Positions 58,801 through 64,000 of a stretch of DNA of 64,000 nucleotides are shown here, one piece after another. Within the stretch, counting starts at the first letter, position 1; each line of letters opens with the position of its first letter. The DNA comes from Parcubacteria group bacterium (lineage in GTDB: Bacteria > Patescibacteriota > Patescibacteriia > UBA1558 > GWA2-36-10): contig PQAE01000002.1 in assembly GCA_003104935.1 (NCBI GenBank), positions 67,527-131,526 on the forward strand, given 5' to 3'. The notes beneath the pieces were generated by a model, which was not told the DNA's origin, did no database searches, and saw only the letters and a list, made by a program, of their open reading frames with translations. A program made the position numbers and the translations under genes.

Positions 58801-59316
58801 TTAAGGTTGCCTCAAGGTTGCTGAGGTTTTAAAAGTTTTCTGATAATTATATTCCTGGCGTCCACTGGTATTAACATAAGTTAGGGTAAAAGTTACGGCA
58901 ATAACTCCGGGCGTGCCAGCTCGCGACAGGTTCTGAAAGCTCAGTCCGCTGATCTGCACTCTAGAATTGGTCAAAAATATTGCAACGGCGGATCCCTCCT
59001 TGATACGCAAAGCAGTGCCACTAAGATCAAATACTGTCGGGTTATTAACTACGACATAAGTGTTTAGTGACAAAGAGGCGGTACTAGCCCCCAGAGTCGG
59101 GGAATTTATGATCGCACTATTTCGTATCGTTTGGGTAATTGTCTGCATCGCTTGCAGGCCCTGTTGCTCCACTTCGGCGATAACCTGGTTTTTTACCCGC
59201 GCCTCCAAGAGAAAAGAAAGAAATATGGAAATAAAAAATAAAAATAGAGCGCTGATACTCACGTAAAGGAGTAGTTCTAGCAAAGTAAATCCTGATTGTT
59301 TGTTTTTATATATCAT
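58801..59316 (-). CDS. PilW/GspJ-like minor pilin
   Basis: SG^FTLLELLLY. Confidence 0.85.
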   Translation of the reverse strand: MIYKNKQSGFTLLELLLYVSISALFLFFISIFLSFLLEARVKNQVIAEVEQQGLQAMQTITQTIRNSAIINSPTLGASTASLSLNTYVVVNNPTVFDLSGTALRIKEGSAVAIFLTNSRVQISGLSFQNLSRAGTPGVIAVTFTLTYVNTSGRQEYNYQKTFKTSATLRQP

Positions 59317-60704
59317 TGGGGTGCCAAAACTATAAATTCCGCGGCATTGGCATCTCCCACGGCAAATACGCGATCACTTACCGAATCATAAACCACGCCT
59401 TCTAAAGTATCAGCCGCATCATAAAAACCAATTAGTGCCGGGGTAGCCGGCGTAGAAATATCAATCGCCACAAACTCACTTGCCGCGTCGCTGTTAACCA
59501 TGAACACCGAAGAATTGGAACTACCTAAAGACAAGTCATTGGCGGCGCCGGCAACCGGAGAAATCAAGCCGGTCAAACTGGGAATGGCCGGAGCCGTAAC
59601 ATCTATCACATTGACGCTACCGCTGGCCCGCCCAGCTATTATAGTTTGGTTAAAACCGGTAATAGATATGATGTCGCTAGTGCCAGCCAGATTTAGACTG
59701 CCGCTTAGAACCAATGCCGCCGGATTAGAAATATTTACCACCTGTAAATCCTGAGTGTCGTCCGATGAGCCGATAAAAGCATAATTGCCCAGAACCATTA
59801 GCTCGTATGCCCCGCCATTTAACACCAGGCCGCCGGCCAAGACTGGCGCCGCCGGATTAGCCACATTAACTACCGCCAAATCATTGCCGCCGTTTAGACC
59901 CAGATAGGCATAATTACCGACGACATACACCCCCCGAGCATCCTCATTACCGGCATCATTGTAGGCGCTCACCTGACTGGGTGTAGCTGGATTGGATATA
60001 TTAATAATTTGCAGTTCTTCAGTATTACTTGTATTGGTAATATAGGCATAATTTCCGGAAACAAATATATTGGTCGGTGTGCCGGTTAAAATCAACGATC
60101 CCACTATCGTGGGGCTAGCGGGCACGCTAATATCAACTACAATAAAACTGGGACTGGCATTATTTCTCACAATATAAGCATAATTACCCTGTACTTGGAT
60201 TTTGACGGCATTTTGAGCACCGGTAAGATCCAAGCTGGCGGCCAAAACAGGTGTAGCCCAATTATTGCCGGCACTGGCTATCCAATTTGTCAGGCGGCTA
60301 ACCAGAGTGACTGAGCCGGTACGCTGGGGATTTTGTTGCCAAGTAACCTGGGAGATAACGGATTTTCTCTTGCTATCCGCGGAAGCGATGTTTACTTGCC
60401 TGGTAAAAATATCACTCACATCCTGAATACCGGAAAAAGTCCATTGATTACCCGTCACGGCTAGGCCATAATTACCATCGGCCAGATTAGCATAACCGGC
60501 GTCACGGATACTGCGCACGGCTTCCAGACCCTCCTCGGCCAGTAATAATGCCCGCGCTCGATTACCGGCCAACGCGGTCGCTTCCTGACCATAGAGAAAA
60601 GCCCCGACCAGCGCCGTAATCAAAAGACCAAAAATCGCGCCGGCTAAAAGTACTTCTACCAGCGAAAATCCTAGTTTATTAATAGTCAACCATGCCTTTA
60701 GCAT
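59313..60704 (-). CDS. Minor pilin (PilV-like) fused to LVIVD beta-propeller repeats
   Basis: LG^FSLVEVLL; repeated V.GNYAY/..DIS.PA.P units; start at ATG 60704. Confidence 0.85.
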   Translation of the reverse strand: MLKAWLTINKLGFSLVEVLLAGAIFGLLITALVGAFLYGQEATALAGNRARALLLAEEGLEAVRSIRDAGYANLADGNYGLAVTGNQWTFSGIQDVSDIFTRQVNIASADSKRKSVISQVTWQQNPQRTGSVTLVSRLTNWIASAGNNWATPVLAASLDLTGAQNAVKIQVQGNYAYIVRNNASPSFIVVDISVPASPTIVGSLILTGTPTNIFVSGNYAYITNTSNTEELQIINISNPATPSQVSAYNDAGNEDARGVYVVGNYAYLGLNGGNDLAVVNVANPAAPVLAGGLVLNGGAYELMVLGNYAFIGSSDDTQDLQVVNISNPAALVLSGSLNLAGTSDIISITGFNQTIIAGRASGSVNVIDVTAPAIPSLTGLISPVAGAANDLSLGSSNSSVFMVNSDAASEFVAIDISTPATPALIGFYDAADTLEGVVYDSVSDRVFAVGDANAAEFIVLAPQ

Positions 60705-61113
60705 TGATAACAATATTACGCGTTTCATTAATATTGGAGGTAAAAATAATAGCCCCAGTAGTCTGAGGCAAGCCACTAAACTTGGCAAAAACTACTTCCC
60801 CTACTCCCGAGGGCGTGATGCTGGTAGGAACAGCGAAAAATTCATCATAAGTCGCGTCGCGTCCGGCATAACTCAAACCTTTGAAGAGGGTGATGCTACC
60901 CGACTGAACGACCACGCCCCAAGAGGCGTCGTTGTCTCCGGCCTGGGCCAAAAACTGCGCTCGGCGCAAAGACTGCACCGCCGTCACACCGGCGATATCC
61001 AAATCATTGCGTACCTGAAAAGACTGTAAAACAGGGAGAGAAATAGCGGCGATAATAGCTATGGCCGCTAGTGATAACAAAATTTCGATAAAAGTAAAGC
61101 CCCTCTGCTCCAT
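60679..61113 (-). CDS. FimT/GspH-like minor pilin
   Basis: RG^FTFIEILL; F.KFSG.P and IN.KG.V tail. Confidence 0.85.
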   Translation of the reverse strand: MEQRGFTFIEILLSLAAIAIIAAISLPVLQSFQVRNDLDIAGVTAVQSLRRAQFLAQAGDNDASWGVVVQSGSITLFKGLSYAGRDATYDEFFAVPTSITPSGVGEVVFAKFSGLPQTTGAIIFTSNINETRNIVINAKGMVDY

Positions 61114-61119
61114 ATTTTT

Positions 61120-62229
61120 TTACGAAGTTTGCAAACCGCCGATCAGACTGTAAATGGGAAGAATAACCGCCAAAGCTACCGTTACTACTCCCAACCAGAC
61201 TATGACCAGTAAAATCGGCTCCAGTATTACCGCCAAATTTTTTGTGGTTAGCTCGGTCTTACCTTCATAGACCCGGCTGATAGATAGCAGGGTGTCCGGC
61301 AGAGTGCCTGATTTTTCTCCGGTGATGACCAACTGCTGGATCGGTGTCGGCAAAAGGCGTTTTATATTTTTATAATTGGCGAAACTTTTTTGAAAAGAAT
61401 TTCCGTCTTCGATATTGCGCACCAAAAATTCATAAAACCTGCGATAAGGCGGAAAAGAAGTGGCCTGAGACAAAGAGCTGATCGCCTGGGTGACGGGCAG
61501 ACCGGCCTGTAGCAGAGTACCCAGTAGAAAACCAAAACGGGAAATTTCTACTTCCTGAACCAGCCGCCCGACTCCGGGTACGATAAAAAGAAAACCCTGG
61601 CCCAATGCCTTGGTTCGGGGAAAATAAAAAATAAAATATATCAGCAGGGCTAAGACAACGATGGTGATAGGCACCACCACGGTTCCGTGTTGCCCCAGAT
61701 ATTTACCCAGGCCGATGATTATCTGGGTAATAAGAGGCAGTTTGACCCGCAACTGGGAAAAAACTACCGCTAGTTTTGGCAAAATAAACCAGGCAATACC
61801 AATACCTATAATGACGGTCAGCGCCAGCACAAAAACCGGATACATCATGGCCGAACGGATCTTGGCCTGAAAATTACGGGATTTTTCCTGCTCCAGACTG
61901 ACCACCCGCAGATTTTCCGCCAGATTACCAGAGTCTTCCCCTACTCTGATGATGGAAATGGTATACTCGGGGAAAAGGCGGGCCGCTTCCAGAGAGCTCC
62001 ACAGCGAGGAACCGGCCTCGATATTTTCTCTAATCTCACCGAGTACTAGGTGCATACGCTGGGAACGCATATCGGTCTGCAAAGCTTCTAGGGCATCTAA
62101 AATATTCATGCCCGATCCCACCAGCAAGCTGAGATTTTCTACAAAGTATTGCTTTTCTTCGCCCACTCTCCAATTTGATAACGTCGACCAAAAAGAAGAA
62201 CGAACTATTTGTTTATTTGGTTTTGGCAT
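61120..62229 (-). CDS. pilC: Type IV pilus platform protein (PilC/GspF)
   Basis: GEDSGNL, SAMMYP, GEKSGTL, LEPIL. Confidence 0.92.
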   Translation of the reverse strand: MPKPNKQIVRSSFWSTLSNWRVGEEKQYFVENLSLLVGSGMNILDALEALQTDMRSQRMHLVLGEIRENIEAGSSLWSSLEAARLFPEYTISIIRVGEDSGNLAENLRVVSLEQEKSRNFQAKIRSAMMYPVFVLALTVIIGIGIAWFILPKLAVVFSQLRVKLPLITQIIIGLGKYLGQHGTVVVPITIVVLALLIYFIFYFPRTKALGQGFLFIVPGVGRLVQEVEISRFGFLLGTLLQAGLPVTQAISSLSQATSFPPYRRFYEFLVRNIEDGNSFQKSFANYKNIKRLLPTPIQQLVITGEKSGTLPDTLLSISRVYEGKTELTTKNLAVILEPILLVIVWLGVVTVALAVILPIYSLIGGLQTS

Positions 62230-63940
62230 AAGTATTGGCTCTGACCGGGGGCATGGCGACGCGCAACAGCTCTTCCAAAGTAGTTACTCCTGTCTTGACC
62301 TTGTCGATGCCGTCCTCAAAAAGAGACCGCGAACCCTGACTGCTGGCCAACTGCCATATTTCCTGAGCCGATGGATTTTTCAAAATCAGGTCTTTAAGCT
62401 CCTTGCTAAAATAAATCATTTCAAAGATGGCGGTCCGCCCCTTAAAGCCGGTGTGATTACAGTTATCGCAACCCTTTCCCCGATATAAAGTCATAACTCC
62501 TTTAGGTAAAAAATCATCGGCGGTGGGTAATATATTCTTGGTTTGAACACGGATTTCCTGATAACTATAACGGCATTTTTCACAAATTACCCTGACCAGA
62601 CGCTGAGCCACTACCAGTTCCAAAGTGGATGATAAGAGAAATGGCTCCACACCCATATCTAGGAGCCGCGGCGTGACCGTGGCGGCATCATTGGCGTGAA
62701 AAGTAGAAAGCAATAGGTGGCCGGTCAAAGCGGCGTTAACGGATATTTCCGCAGTTTCATGATCCCGGATTTCCCCCACTAGGATGATGTCCGGATCCTG
62801 TCGAACGATAGAACGCAATCCTTTGGCAAAAGTGAGATTGGTTTGGGAATTAACCTGAATCTGATTGATGCCCTGGATTTTGAACTCGACCGGATCTTCA
62901 ATAGTGGTCACATTTATCTCCGGATGGTTTAATACTTTTAATAAAGTATAGAGTGTGGTGGTCTTGCCGGAGCCGGTCGGTCCGGCAACGATGATCATAC
63001 CAAAAGGTTTTTTGCCGGCCTTGAGAAAACGATCCTGATCGCCGACCGATAAACCGATGTCGCTTAAACTATAATTGCGCACATACTGGGAAAGGATGCG
63101 GATCACCGCTTTTTCGCCGTCAACTACCGGAGTGATGGAAACGCGCATATCAACTGTGCGCCCTTCTTTCAAATAACGAATAGCACCATCCTGGGCGGAG
63201 AAATGCTCATCGATGCGCAGTCGGGATTTGACCTTGATCAAATTTAAAATATTCTGATAATTATCTTTAGGAATCCGGCCGACTTCATTCATCAGTCCGT
63301 CTACCCGGAAACGAATGACCACTTCTTTTTCCTGCGGCTCGAAGTGCACGTCCGAGGCATGGTTAATTAGAGCATCGTCAAAAATCTCGTCGATTATCTC
63401 CGGAGCAATGCGGGTGCTTTTTTGTATGATCTTGATAAAACGAGTCTCCAGGTTTTTTCGGTAATGAACAAAGTTGGCCTGGATATCTTCCGGCAAAGAA
63501 TAGCTGATTTGAACTTTTTTGTTTCTGAAAATTTCGCCTAAAACTGCGGCTAAACCGGCTTGGCTGGGATCATCGGTCGCGACCGTGATCAAATTTTTAT
63601 CCTCGGAAAATAGAATCACCCGGCATTTTTTGGCTAGTTCCTCGGGTATTTTTAAAACCTGTTCTCTGCTGGGCAGATAAGTATTAAGATCAGCATAGGG
63701 AACTTTATAATACTCGGCTAAAGCTTGTCCTAATAGATCATCGCTGATCAGTCCGGCTGAAATCAAATAATCTTTCAGGGGAGAATTATTTTTTTTAGCA
63801 TAATCCAAAGCCTGAGTCATGTCCACCGGACTGACATAGTTGGCTTCGACTAATAATCGGGAGAGGTCGGGTTTATTTTTTGTGGGACCGGTAGGAAGTG
63901 ATGAATTTTGTTTTTTTTGTGTTTTTGTTTGCGCAGACAT
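62213..63940 (-). CDS. pilB: Type IV pilus assembly ATPase (PilB/GspE)
   Basis: ASDVHFEP, GPTGSGKTTT, TIEDPVE, RQDPDIILVGEIRD, C..C/C..C zinc motif. Confidence 0.95.
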   Translation of the reverse strand: MSAQTKTQKKQNSSLPTGPTKNKPDLSRLLVEANYVSPVDMTQALDYAKKNNSPLKDYLISAGLISDDLLGQALAEYYKVPYADLNTYLPSREQVLKIPEELAKKCRVILFSEDKNLITVATDDPSQAGLAAVLGEIFRNKKVQISYSLPEDIQANFVHYRKNLETRFIKIIQKSTRIAPEIIDEIFDDALINHASDVHFEPQEKEVVIRFRVDGLMNEVGRIPKDNYQNILNLIKVKSRLRIDEHFSAQDGAIRYLKEGRTVDMRVSITPVVDGEKAVIRILSQYVRNYSLSDIGLSVGDQDRFLKAGKKPFGMIIVAGPTGSGKTTTLYTLLKVLNHPEINVTTIEDPVEFKIQGINQIQVNSQTNLTFAKGLRSIVRQDPDIILVGEIRDHETAEISVNAALTGHLLLSTFHANDAATVTPRLLDMGVEPFLLSSTLELVVAQRLVRVICEKCRYSYQEIRVQTKNILPTADDFLPKGVMTLYRGKGCDNCNHTGFKGRTAIFEMIYFSKELKDLILKNPSAQEIWQLASSQGSRSLFEDGIDKVKTGVTTLEELLRVAMPPVRANTYAKTK

Positions 63941-64000
63941 TGCTGATCACATTTTTAGATGTTTTTTGACTGTTTCTACTATTTGATTTATTGGCGTGTC

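Overview
A 64-kb bacterial chromosome segment in standard code 11. Gene content and style suggest a Patescibacteria (CPR/Parcubacteria-like) genome (inference): AT-rich SD-less starts, a type IV pilus cluster with many pilins, DUF3048, a lone baseplate-J-like protein and a dTTP salvage cluster. Housekeeping genes include cysS, gap, pyrH, tsf, rpsB, rpmE, prfA, prmC, rplY, rodA, dnaE, thrS, guaB, miaB, miaA, gatB, tmk, tdk, dut, folA, thyA, smpB, tmRNA, infC, rpmI, rplT, pilB and pilC. The main non-routine signals are: (1) three tandem promoter-structured RNA-terminator cassettes divergent from an NYN/LabA nuclease gene, wedged between tsf and pyrH; (2) two more orphan structured RNAs, one exposing an anti-Shine-Dalgarno loop; (3) a tRNA-Thr-like gene with 21 extra nt in the anticodon arm; (4) a duplicated, signal-peptide-bearing mini-RHS toxin cassette flanking an operon of two stand-alone 7TM proteins and two apparent pseudo-enzymes, all sharing a tandem GACGGCT leader motif; (5) a short-stem-I T-box upstream of thrS with nested palindromic insertions and an inserted AT-rich ORF; (6) a pilin paralog lacking a canonical start codon; (7) several small palindromic repeat families, one overlapping -35 boxes. 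All calls were made by eye; no searches or folding programs were run.
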